Part shown: positions 37,701-50,800 of the stretch, piece by piece | Position numbering within the stretch: position 1 is the stretch's first letter | How the letters are laid out: the number at the start of each line of letters is the position of its first letter | Source: Antedon mediterranea | Lineage: Eukaryota > Animalia > Echinodermata | Length of the DNA stretch: 64,000 nt | Assembly: GCF_964355755.1 (NCBI RefSeq) | Contig: NC_092676.1 | Coordinates: 19,114,871 to 19,178,870, forward strand | Direction of reading: 5' to 3' | Notes under the pieces: model-generated | What the model was told of the DNA's origin: nothing | The model's input: only the letters and a program-made list of their open reading frames with translations | The model's database searches: none | Program-made: the position numbers and the translations under genes

Positions 37701-38787
37701 TCAATTTTCGTATGAATAATGTTACGGCGCTCTACATAGGATTGCTAAAATAATATGTCTAGTGTTGGACATACATACTGTATATTGTTTTATAGACATA
37801 CATTTAGTAATGGCCTTGATAAATCCTGTGCTTATGTTAATTATTTTCAATATGAACAATAAAAAAGTATCATTTTGATGTTAATAATTGTTGTAAAAGT
37901 GCCGGTGATTATCATTATTATTTTTCTTAATGTAAATGTTAAACTGTTAACTTTGCACATTGCGTTATGTTGCCTCGTTCGCTTTCTCGTATTCCAAGCA
38001 TATTATTTCGGTACCAGTATTAAAAAATTAGTGTATTATCAAAATGTATATTAGCTATGTTACGATGTACTTCCAGAAAGTGCAAAGTACATGGTATAAT
38101 GATTGATCTATGCAAACAGAAATGTAAGCCTACTGTGTACATTTTGACAATGTATACATCTATATCAACTATTTCAAACAGTTCATTACTTTGGAGTGTA
38201 TTTTGATGCATTGGTTCATCTAAGTTTTATTCATAACAAAATATACCAATTAATGTTTTTTAGGCCTAAGGATTTTTAGAAATTTGGCTTTTACAATTGA
38301 GATGTTTTTCTTATTATACATTTTTTTTTCGTTTCTGTTTACCTTTTATATAATAAGATTAATATGTTTGTCAAGATTTCATTGCTTTAGCAGGCCAAGA
38401 AATCATGTAAATCAAGAAACTCATATCATGTTTCAATCCGTAAATACATTGAAATAGAATAATTTTTAAAATAAATATACCTTTGGGGGACTTGGTTACT
38501 GTCCGTATTGTTATATAAGTTTGTACTAAAAGGCTCCAAACCAATGTAAATAATGCGATGTAAAGAAATTTCTAAATTAAGAAAAGTTACCGGAGTAACT
38601 TCAAGTAAAGTAACAGAACACATTGGAAATTTGACGTTATGATCGAATTCCCAATTCTGTCTCTTAATTTGGAGTTATAACCATTTTTGTTCGTCTGAAA
38701 TTATTTAGTCAGCTTCTGGTAAAATGTGTTTGTAGAGAAAGAAACATACCAGGATGAATCAGCTTATTTCCATGGGCTCATATTAAA

Positions 38788-38987
38788 CAAGGCAATCTAA
38801 CAACAAGACGATGAGCTCCAAAGATCAAAGGGTTTATCTGTGGCTGCAACACGATCAGTTCCACGCCCCTTAACAGACAAAAATATGTACAAATGATCTT
38901 GCTATTTGTCGCAGACAGATATAATATCAAAGGACTGTTCCTATCTTGGCAAGGCGAGCTTATCACCCTGTTGTTAAATTGCCTTGT
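38788..38987. mobile_element. MITE with AAGGCAATCTAACAACA termini; second copy in opposite orientation at ~56993-57175
   Basis: AAGGCAATCTAACAACA ... TGTTGTTAAATTGCCTT. The internal TTATCTGTGGCTGC segment appears reverse-complemented in the 57-kb copy. Confidence 0.6.
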
Positions 38988-39161
38988 GTATTAAACAAGC
39001 AATTGAAGTTACCTAAAATACATACATTAAAACATGTTTTATATTTCTCTCTATACTTATGATTAACGGTGTGTTTGGAGCAATACTTTCCTTTTGATAG
39101 GTGTTAAACGAACGTCAGTATGGTATTTAGGACGATAACATTCACCACAATATAAATACCG

Positions 39162-39912
39162 TTTTCAGTCGCGTGGAAGCGACTCTATAGTTCACTATGT
39201 CGGTCGGTCGGTCGGTCGGTCGGTCTGTCGGTCTGTCGGTCTGTCGGTCTGTCGGTCTGTCGGTCTGTCTGTCGGTCCGGTATCACTATGCGTTTTTTCG
39301 CTTTCTGACCTTATCTGGATATCAGTTTAATCTAGCTAAGTCAATTTTTCAAAGTATATTCCTTATGGCCAGGAATCGATGTGGTTATGTTTTCACGGTG
39401 CGTAATAAAAAATTACGTGGTCTACGCACGATTTAACGAAATCACGTTTGTAATCATATCTTCACAACCATGAATCACAATTAAATAAAATTTGGTACTC
39501 ATAAATTTCAGGGCATAAATCATCATATGGCAATACAATTACGTGCGTAGCGCATGTAACGCATGCGTACGCGCGCTTAAAATGTTCAAAATTTATTTTC
39601 GATTAAATAAGAGTACGTTTCAGGCAATTTTAAGCGTTTACAAAATTGCCATGAGTGCGCAGATTTTGCTTAATGTTATTGCGCACTCTTTTTGCCCGAT
39701 TTCTGTTTTCTTGACTTACTTTTCAACTCGAAATTACGTTATACGAGCACGTCAAAAGTGACAGGCTACGCACGTGTAAATTAAAAAAATATAACTGTTT
39801 TTAAACATTTCAACATTTTTAAACATGTTCAGTAATTTCGGTCAGTTGGTAGGTTGGTCGGTCGGTCGGTAAACACTAAGCACGCGACTGCAGCCATCTA
39901 TATGGCCTTGTT
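39162..39912 (+). mobile_element. Longer HINE / Helentron-associated element (same family as 33609)
   Basis: TTTTCAGTCGCGTGGAAGCGACTCTATAGTTCACTATGTCGG(TCGG/TCTG)n ... GCACGCGACTGCAGCCATCTATATGGCCTTGTT. Confidence 0.7.
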
Positions 39913-40298
39913 ATAAATTGACTCAGTTCTAAATCTTATCAATCTGCAGTAAAAATAAATATGTTCCTATTGTATATGTGATACAATGCGCTATAAAATA
40001 AGCAGAATAACATTCAATGGAGAAACGGTTGTCAATTCACATTACAATTCGGCATAGTCATGAAAAGTCAATGGTCATGGTAGAAACAACAATAAGTGTT
40101 GGGTCTTGTTGGGGCATTCCTTTCCCTTTGTTAGAAGCAGAACTGCAGTTAGTACTGTTGTGTATTTCCTTCCAGAATGTTTGAATTGATCACGAAATAG
40201 TATGTGTACAACTACTACTTACTACAACAACTACCACAAGTAAAATGTTGTTACTGTGTTGTTGTTGTTATTTTTTGTTGTTTAAAAGGTGAAAACAG

Positions 40299-40403
40299 TT
40301 TTAGTCGCGTGTACGTGTAACAGCAGCTCACTATGTCGGTCGGTTGGTCGGTCCGTAAACACTAACTTGAGCACGCGACTGCAGTCATGTATATGGCCTT
40401 GTT
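40299..40403 (+). mobile_element. Short HINE copy
   Basis: TTTTAGTCGCGTG..TCACTATGTCGGTCGG..GCACGCGACTGCAGTCATGTATATGGCCTTGTTT. Confidence 0.65.
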
Positions 40404-43182
40404 TGGGTTAGGCCACCACCTAACAGAGCTAAGAAATGTATTTGGCTCACACATCCTATGTTATGAGTTTACTGTGTACATACTTTCTCAATCACGCATT
40501 CGCTAAATAAACAATCAAAAGGGCCAGTCATATTCATTAGCCTACTGATGCCTTCCACGAAAATACAAAATTATTCTGTCTTCGGCTTTCTAAACCTACA
40601 TTTTAACAATTTCTGTAGGTCTAATTTATGAATTTGTAAATTATATTTCATTGTATAGGCCTATTTATGTTTATGTCCTTGCCTTCCAGTAACTATACTT
40701 CTATATTCGACAATATATTTCTATTAATTTTTTTTTGCTTGCGTGCTAACTTGAAACAAATTGTTTTAAATGTTTCGGTCCAGCTAGTCTAGATGCCAGG
40801 ACTCTCTCGATTACCTACAAACAAGAGAGTGTTGGACACTCGTAATTCCTTCAAGACGTGCATACGGGGACGTTAGTTTAGGATAGTATAATTTTAATCC
40901 AGACCTTTTTATTTGAATTGCCCCGTGTGGGATGATTAACGATTTTTTTTTAATTGAATTGTATTAAATTGTATAAGAAAAGACTTATTATTTCGCTTTT
41001 TATTCCATTTTTCACATTTTTTTTTAGTTATTTCAAGACATAAATTCTTGTTGAATTGAAAAAGCTATACTGGACGATAAACAAACCTTCGTGATTTTAA
41101 TTATCTTCTATAAACATATAGGCTTGTTTGTATTATGTTTGTTATTATTTCAAATACCTTGATTTGTAAGAAAATGTATTGTAGGATCAGAAATCAAAAA
41201 TTATTAATTTCACCTATTTAAAACATAGTATACGATCAGTCAGGTGTAGGCTAAATCGTGTTACAATAATTATAAAGGTGTGGAATGCAGGTAAATACAC
41301 GTATTATTAAAAACATGTATACAATATAAAGAATTCTGCTAATAAAACTAAATCATATGAATTTAAGTTGTGAATTGTTGAATCATCTAAAGAAAATTAT
41401 ATGACAACGCAGGCGCACCCACGATTATTTTTTAAATCGGCTTAGTATGGCATTTTTACGACTTTAGGAGTTCTGATAATGGAGAATTGTGAGTATACTA
41501 AAATCAGTGTGTATACAATAGACCTACCACAAAGACAGGATAATATTCTTAATATTCTTAAACATCATTATCCTTACCCCCTCACAAAACGTCGCAAAAT
41601 AAACATTCATTTAGTCATAATTATTATCCATAAGGTGTGACGTAAGAATTAACTACAATTCGCTAATGCAAACAATTTTTGTCAAGCCATCTGCGTAGTC
41701 GATGTATGGGGTTCGAATCGATCCCATAACAAACTACTTTTTACTTTATAGTGAGACAGATTATTTAGAGGGCTAGGTTAAGTTATTAGGGAGTAGTTCG
41801 GCTATCTTTCACATAAGGAGTCCCCAACGTATGTACGAAAACAAATCTCCCCCGGTCCACACTCTTTTTATGATGTGGTTGCAATAAGGTCAGGACAAAG
41901 TCTACGTAGTTTTTATTCGCTATTTCCCAAACGTATTTCAAAGTTAACTCAAAATTTAACTTCAAAATTAACTTAAGAGTCGATTTGGACAAATAAAGAA
42001 ACGGGAATTAGTGTAGAGAGCCTATAGGGTCATTAGGTTCGCCATTTCTATTAGAGTAGAACCGACGGTAAAGAAACAGAAACATATGTGTGTAGGCCCG
42101 GTAACTCTGATTTTAATCCATAGCACGGGTTGAATTCCTTTACAGCACGATCTTTAACAGAACCGTACATTGTAGTACTGTAGTATGAATATCGGCAGAG
42201 ATACCACGCGTTACCATTGGCCGACCATGCACGTCGGGAGTAAACTTTCTTAATCCCGCCATTCTCTGTTGGATTTCATAACACAATACAGGCGTTGAAC
42301 GAGATAACTTAATTTGAAAGCATGCCAGACACGCTTTGTAAAATTATTTCACATTGTGTGTTAATGGGTGTCATCAAAGCTTATGATAATAACTTGAATA
42401 TAAATCTGTTTTATTTTGGCGCCAACAAAAGACAATCGCTTCAAAGTACAATTATCTGAAGCGATCATCTGAATGATCGCTGTCATAAAGGCATATTAGT
42501 GTTGAATAGCTTTGCATTTATACTTGCTAATCCATAATAAAAATGTGTGGTTTAATTTATAAATACTAAATTTTGTTTTATATGAAAGTAAAACTCATTC
42601 AATTTAACACAGGCCTACATCCAATTGTCATACAGTTCAAACGTAAACATTTCACCTTTAAGATTCAAGATTCAATTTTATTTTGCCAATTAAAATGGAA
42701 ATAATATGCCCAATGTAACGGTATTTTTTAAATATTTTGTACGTTCCTATTATAACCAAGTTTTACATGTGGAATAAAGTGTACAAAATTGGGACTGGAT
42801 AACCACGAGTTCATGCAGGGTCTTCATTAAGATTGTGTAAGATTCTTCATAAACTTTTTTGTGGTTAACCACCATAAACTTGATCAAATAAATGTTAGGG
42901 TGCGTTCAGGTGTAGTTAACTACTTGACAATGTTATTTCATGGGCACAATTAGTAACCAACTTACCTGAGTAAATAAAGTCTGAACGAGCCCTGAGATGC
43001 ACGCTACAACCGCCATGATTAATTTAATGTTAATTATATTTTGGTTAAAATCCAAAAGTTTTACATTTTTTTGCAGAAAATGTAAGCCTATGTCGGCCTT
43101 CTTGTTTTTTACTACCGTACTTTCGTATGCAGTTTATTGTCAATTAATTGTCTTTGTTTTTTAAAATAGAAATTGACACAAA

Positions 43183-44228
43183 ATGGATCTTCGAATTACT
43201 GTTTTATTCGTGTTGGCACTGATGTTTGTAGGTACAGAAGCTCCAGCTCCACCAGGTTGCAAAAAGTAAGTTAATTAACATCTTCTACATTGATGGTGTG
43301 ATACTACGAAAACAATTTATCGGGGATACAGGCAACAGACAGACACCTGATTATCATAGGCAAATCCGTAATACAGCTTCTCATGTGCCTGTTAGGTTAA
43401 GGATGATACGGGCATCACATGAGAAGCACATGAGATGCTGTATCACTGATTTGTACTATGATATTGGACACATTTATACAGTACCGATATTTATATACCG
43501 TTTTACATTCACAGCGTCATTGCTTAGTGTCGAGTTTCGACTTTTGAATCTAAAGTTATATACAATTCTATGTGTTTTAATTGAAATAACCACCCTAGGC
43601 TCTAAAGATTTACAATACTGTTTTCTCGTTGTTTTCAGTGCAGGCGTTTCCGGACAACGTCCACCGGGTTGCGGTGGTCAGATTGGCAAAAAAGATAAAC
43701 TACTAAACACATTACTCGAACGGTGGGTAGCCAAACATATTCCTGTAATACTTATCACTAGAAGCTGTTTTCAATAGATTACAACACCACTGATATTCAA
43801 ATCACTTTAAAACAGGAAAATGATTGTAGAATCATGATATTTTTCAGCTCTGTATCTTTGTAACATATTTATATAACAAATACACGAAGTTCAAGTAAGT
43901 TAAGTGAAGCTGTTGATCATTGTAATAAATGTATGTATTAACTTTCGCAACGTACGTTTGTACTAGTAAAATACATTTCGAAATGATTTCATGATAATGT
44001 TTATTTTGTAGATTATTGGTAAGAGAACTCGAAGCAGAAGTAGCCGAGGAAGAGCAAGCCCTTAAAAGGAAGGCAATGGATAACCCACAAGCCCCAGAAG
44101 CGAGAGAGCTTGACAATGAACAAGCCCAAGAATTGAGGGACTTAGATGCTGATGAAAAACAACAAGAAGAAACTCGTCTTTTGAATTTACTGCTTGGTTT
44201 AAATGGTGAAAGAGATATCAAAAAATAA
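43183..44228 (+). CDS. Secreted prepropeptide C (127 aa): signal peptide + PAPPGCKNAGVSGQRPPGCGGQI(GKK) + acidic C-terminal region
   Basis: Exons 43183-43265, 43639-43722 and 44012-44228, phase-2 introns: MDLRITVLFVLALMFVGTEA-PAPPGCKNAGVSGQRPPGCGGQI-GKK-DKLLNTLLERLLVRELEAEVAEEEQ...EETRLLNLLLGLNGERDIKK*. Confidence 0.85.
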
Positions 44229-47200
44229 ACAAATTATATTGGACACTACGTGGTCAGATTTGAATCTGTGTGCGTTCAAAGCAACTCTCATGCACGTGAT
44301 TAACCATTCAACCATGATTGAACACGTGAGAGTTTTTTTCACATGACTCAACGGATTGACTACGCGGAAACTTACTTGTACACTAAACATATTATATCAT
44401 ATACAAAATGGGATACTCTTTAAATTAAAACTCTAAGAGCGATTCCAATCATTTTTTCTACTTTCCGGCTAAAATATGTATATTTTGCAAATTTCCAAAA
44501 TTATATGGACGTATATGTTACTTTGACAATAGCTGTACATTAATTTTTATATTTTTAAAATATTTTATCGAATGTATAGTATGAATCAAAAGTATTTTAC
44601 CTTACGTTTGTGCGTAATAACTGCACTGTATGCAGATATGTTAAATAAGTGCAGTTGTAATTTCTCTATCGGAAGATAACTAGGTTGTTATACTAAACAT
44701 CGTACAAAAATGTCAAAAATTGTCCTCAAAATATACCATGTGATATAAGTGAGTTGTAAAGAAGGTGGCCTTAATTAAAAAGTGCCCCCTGCGTGTATCT
44801 GAATAAATTCCATGCATTTATTAAAGAATATTAATAATTCTTCTTAGTCAGCATTTTGTTTAATAAGATGTAACGATACAATACCTCTTTCCTATTTTTA
44901 AACGAGTTTGTTTATAAAGGCCAATATTTTAAGATATTCAAAAGTGACTTAAGAAAACACTACAAAACTTACTACAACAAAATAATTATTTGTCTCGAAG
45001 AACATCAAATTAAGATTCTTTGTAAAATTGATTAAATTGCCATAATTATATAAGATGTGTTATTTATAATTAAATAAAACAACTAAGTTACGCTATACAA
45101 GTTTCGTAATTGTTGCAGTATTCACCTGATATCCCTTCCCTTTCACACCAGAGACATTCCGGAGTTGAAAGGGGTATTATATTGAGCCTACCTACAGACG
45201 AATCAATTCGCACAAATCAAACTCTCAGCTTATGCGCATGCGTATTCATATTTCCATCAAAGTCTTCTTCTTCTTCTTCCAACAAACGCAACCACAGAAG
45301 GCCTACAATGACTTCTGGGTCCATAGCAACGTACATGAGCAATGGTTGTTGAAATGGCGATAGACATTATCATTATTAGCCTATGCATGCGCATTTTCTG
45401 TTTCTTCATGAATGTTCGATTGAAATAAAAGTGAAAAAAACCCCAGAATATACATCCCATTTACCAGTTTGGATTTTTGTAGGCCTATATATCTCGTCCG
45501 GCCGGCCTTCTTATCATTATAACATAAGCCTATTCCTTTATCTTAACATTTTAAACATAAATCAATTCATTCTTATGTCTCTGGACGGTAATATTTTACT
45601 GGTCATGGGTTCGATTCTTCCTTGCTTCCTCCTCTTTATTTATATTAGGCATGTATAGGCCTACCAAGAACATTACGTAATGTAAACAAAACGTTGTTCC
45701 ACGTCCGTCGTTAAAATACGCATGCATGATTTAGCGCTGGACGACTAAATGAAAACATTGAATTTAACTTTGTCCGTAAAACGTCGAATAGGCAATGCAC
45801 TTGTAAAGCTAAGAATAAAGACAAATTATATTGAAAGGTTAAACGGTTACGTCAGTGGCATAGCTTGAAATTGACAGCTGTTAGCAAGAATGACGGTAAC
45901 AGTGTAATTTAACTGTTCAGTTATAACGTAACGGTAACGTTATGCTGATGTACCTGTGGATATAAGCAGTAGGCCTAATGATTGAAGCGAATGATAGTCA
46001 AAGATTTTGCCTTTGGAATATAATGATACACCAAATAACGAAAACGTAGACCTTGGAATATACAATGCACCAAATAGAGAAGCTTAGACCCATCGAATAT
46101 AATAACAAATAGCGAAGGCTTCGGCCGATGGAAATACTATTATAGTATAGTATAATACTGGAGGTTTTATGTTTAAAGCTCAAGTATACAAACTGATATG
46201 TGCTTGACATTTTCGGTGAGTAATTGTTGTTTATTATATTCATTGTAGGCATGACTAATGTCCATTCTTCTGTGCGATGTCTTTCATCGGCCTAAATCTG
46301 CATATTCATTTTAATTCGGTTTTAAACAACGTAAACAAAAACAAGCATGCCTCGCAAATGCTACAGGTGGTATGTACGTAAAAAAAATCATGTCGAGTAT
46401 GATCAGACAAAAGTTTAAATAAATTTTCCAAAATTTCTTCAATCAATATTTACGTTAATTTTTTTATATAACCACGACAATATGGAATTTCAAAGTACTA
46501 ATTATAATTATTATAGTGAATTAATGTAAATTCATGTGTATTCATGTGTAGGTGAGTAAATAAGGAACTAAATAACAAATTGTATGCTCGCTGACGTCAG
46601 ATAATTAAATTCTTTAAAGTAAGAACCCGATTCTGTTGCTGTCGCTAGCCTGTATCTAACTAACTATTGCAAGTCAGTTAAATACAAGTCTATGTGTGTT
46701 TTAATACACATGGACTTGAATTTTAAAATAGTTTTAATATATCCTATCCTTAATTCTTATGGGACATTCTGATTATTCTATTGCATATTAATGTTATTAT
46801 AACTGTAATAGGGCATGCATCACTTTTTGCAACCTGAATATGTGACGTGTAAAGATAAATTTGCCGAACTCGTGTTCGGGCGTTTGAATAGGAAAGTGCC
46901 CAATCGCGAACGTCGTGATTATCGGCCCCGTGGTTTTATATTTAGAAAGAAGTTAGATTCGTTATTTATTTTTCGAAAACAAAATATACAGCAGTGCTGA
47001 CAATTAATGACTCAAACTTACACATTGATTGATGAATTCTATGAAATATTATTGAAATACATTTTTTATTAAGCTTTAAACAACGAAATTGCTTGAGCTA
47101 ATTTACTAACGACATGATGACTACTATTTTGGCCTACAATCGACTAACGTTCTATAATGTCTGATGTACAGTACCCGTTTTTGCATTTAATAAAAATATA

Positions 47201-47825
47201 TACTATAAATTGCAAATGTTAATTCATAATGTGTATATAGCTCCCATTAATAATGAATATGCTACATCTATTAAAAAGTAATCATTGTGTGTGTGTGTGT
47301 GTTATAAATTAATAAAGAGTGACCTAATAAACGCGGCACATTTTGTAAGAATGGAAACGTCATCTTTGTTCTATTTCCATAGATCGTATTATTAAGTTTT
47401 ATTTAATATTCGCACATCTTCTGGACGTAATGTATGATATTTAGTAAATTTAGGCCTAATATAGGCCTAGTTCTCTCGTCACTTAGATGAATAGTAGGCC
47501 TAACTATCTTTCATTTGAAATAGGTTATCTTTGAATCGTACATTTTAGAGCCTCAACACAAGTGTGACTTTGGTAGATTTGAAGTTTTCATTGTATGTGA
47601 GATACAGACAACCTTTCATTCTAGCAACATAACACTTAGTTAGTTTAATCGTTGCTTATGCAAAGTAGACCAGAAAACCCCATCAAAATCATAGCATATT
47701 GTTGCAAGCGTTATGCTTAACATCGTATATTACATTCCTCAAAAAAACAAAATTATGTCGAATATTTATGTGGATGTCGCCGCTGTTACTAAGAGGTCAA
47801 AGTTCATAAATCATCATGTTCTTGT

Positions 47826-50800
47826 TCAAAAATCATTTGTTTCCTGTTGCCGTAGAATATCCTCAATGTAGTCACTCTCGTCAAGTTTAGATGGTTGCCC
47901 AGTTAATCTGATAATATAAATAAACAATTACTGTTTATGTGCAATGTTTATTCATAAGCACAATCTGTAATAACGAGTTCTATGTTGCCAAACCCGACCA
48001 AACCCACAGTTTGTTAAAAAAAATATAGGGTCGTCTTACACCCAACACCCTTTTAGCAGCCTATATACCCTCAACATCCTCACTGGGCACCTACGCAATA
48101 CATTCTTATATAGCACTACCATCGACATTCTCTTTTAGCAATACCACAACGTCTTCTTAGCGTCTACCCTTAACACCCAATTAGCGTCTACTCAATACCC
48201 TCTTAACGCCTACCCTTAACACTTACAAATGTATAAGAATGACTTACGTTGAATCTTGATTAACAATCGCTTTCAAAGAAGCCAAAACTTTAGGATCACG
48301 GTACAAGTCTTTTAATGTATTAATGTAAAACTGCTCACCTCTATAAATAAAGTACCATAAAAATCATTGTTATAGTTTAAATTAATCTAGGCGTTGACAC
48401 ACACCAAACATAATAACATAAATTGTTTGGTCGTGTGAATTGCTTTTGGGGGCGATTTTGATTGTTTACACTGATTCAATAGTTTCAGCCAATCAGAAGA
48501 GAGCAATAAACTAGGTCCCAACCTGAAGGATGAATGCTTAGCGCTAGACATTAACAAACGTATGGACTGGGAGATCAGATAGTAGAAACATTTGTAATAA
48601 CCGTCTGACAGTGGTCACGCAATACAGTCATTACAAAACAAACTTACGTAGCGGTTCTCTTTCCTGTCTCTGCAATTGCACTCATCCTATCATTATTTTG
48701 GAGTACACTTCCCATTTTAGACCAAATAGTTTGATGTGCATTTGGTCGTTTCGCCCTATTGGATAACACACATTTATACATAAATATCCGGTTTGCGATA
48801 GCAGGCAGAATGCACAAACAACATTATCAATAAACCCCGAATCTTTAAACGCAATCATTATTAGGCCAAACTGGTTATGGTACTACAGTAATTATTAGGA
48901 AGACCATTCCACGGTATCATAAAAAAAAGTGTGTTATAGCAGTTAGTTAGGCCTACAGGTATTTCTTTGGAAGAAGGAAGTCTTTCCTTCACAGTACAGA
49001 TGTGATTCCCATTTTCTGCTGGTCGAGTCGATTGACGTAGGCTACTTTATGCATTTGTAAGAGGCCATCTTGATATCGCTATGTTGTAGGCCCCCTAATT
49101 CTACTTGTGATACGGCATAATGGTACTTACATTGCTCTTTTCCCCGAATCACTTAGTGAAGTGACACGGTCATCTGTGGCATCTCCTACCATAGTCCATA
49201 AACGTTGCTGGGAATCAGCTTTCTTTCTGTATTGCCTAGGTAACCTAGGTCCAAAAAGTAGTACAAAATCATTCAAAATGGAAACAAAATAAAATCAGAC
49301 TTTGAATAAGCCATTTCGCAGTTCTATCAAGTTACTCACTTCCATACAAAAAATTCAGTTATAAAAAAGACAAAACAAACGGTTAAATTGAACTGGCAGA
49401 CAATTCGATTATTTACACTTTTGAACCAATTTTGGTAAAAATGATTATGAAAACTATTATGTGGCTGTATTGCCTAGGTAACCTAGCTTGAAAAAAAAAA
49501 TATCCATCAATCAGTAGTTTCAAGTTATCGATGTTTTACGTTTTAATTTACATAATTAAGTTAATTTGCATATACATTTTAGCCGGTGGTAGGAGTGTTA
49601 TTGTTTAAATTCTGTTCTTGAATCAGATCATGCTTTTCTTTATGTAGTAAGTGTTAAACTCTGTTTACACTGTCAAACTAGTTTGACAAAATAGTGTGAT
49701 GTGCCTTGATTGTATAGTGATGAAATGATTACATCCATTATATGGGGACATCACATTTGATAGTGTAGACTATTTGAATTGTGGTACAAGTGTTTCTTTG
49801 AATAAAAACTCTTTCTTCCACTGGATGGGCAGATCTTCTTAATTTACTACAAAATACAGACGACGTGATTCCAATTGTATTATTTCATTGACTTACGCTC
49901 TTTTCCCTGAATCACTTAGTGAAGTGACACGGTCATCTGTGGCGTCTCCTACCATAGTCCATAAACGATGTTGAGAATCTGCTTTCTTTCTGCAATGGAA
50001 AAACAGTATACGGTGTAGGCCTATATGCATCAGAGATGGTTAGTCTAAACAATTTGTTCAGTCCTCAGTTAGAAACATCGTGTTATAAATTAATCGTATT
50101 AAGCATAGCTAAAACGGTACTGATGATATGTGAGTTTGTCAGTAAATAAACCTCTGCAAAATTGTAGCTTTCTTTAATTATGACGCACCATTTTGTTTTA
50201 ATTGCATCAAATGTTTTTGGTAAATTTGTTTACAAGATATATTCAAAATGTCGTCGTCATCTACAACCCGAACTAAACTGTTGTATGCAATGGCCCCTTT
50301 GCCATTGACATACTTAATGTAATGTCTCATCTGAACCCCGTGTCCAATTGTGTTTACCTATCTCTAACATAATTATAATTTTGAGGATAATATTGAGGTA
50401 CATACGTTGTTTTATGTGACGGTAAATATGGATATTCTAATTGTTCTGCTTCCATAAACCTATAATAACAAAACATGTAAACAAATATTATAGTACTTTT
50501 CAGAGGGAATGATTCTGGTAAGGATTACAAGGAACCGTTGGGTATAAGTGTTTCTTTATATTTTTTTGGGAATTGGTACCGTAGTAATATGTAATAATGT
50601 TGGTGGTGTATGTCGATAAAATATTATTATAGGGACTAGAATAGTCACAATTCTGTATTTTGTCTAGACTAGATGGCGCTATATTACAAGAAGACAACAC
50701 TAATGATAATTGAATGTAATGATAGCTTAATAATGTCGTCAGTCATCCGTACCAACAGATAATTAAATATAGTTTAGCAAAATATCAACTGTTAATATTT

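Noticed and set aside
43077-43081. Possible 5-nt 5'-UTR microexon (ttgcag|AAAAT|gtaagc) in gene C
   Set aside because: The splice signals are plausible, but without transcripts this cannot be distinguished from chance.
43658-43669. RPPG in peptide C matches the start of bradykinin (RPPGFSPFR)
   Set aside because: Only four residues, inside a disulfide ring, and not conserved in paralogs A (RPPE) and B (RRPG).
43298-43777. Longest ORF in the track (159 aa)
   Set aside because: Only 43639-43722 is coding (second coding exon of gene C); the rest is intron read-through.
49465-49487. Second copy of the peptide-exon-3 acceptor region (CTGTATTGCCTAGGTAACCTAG)
   Set aside because: It is not followed by peptide-coding sequence on the minus strand; probably a short local duplication.
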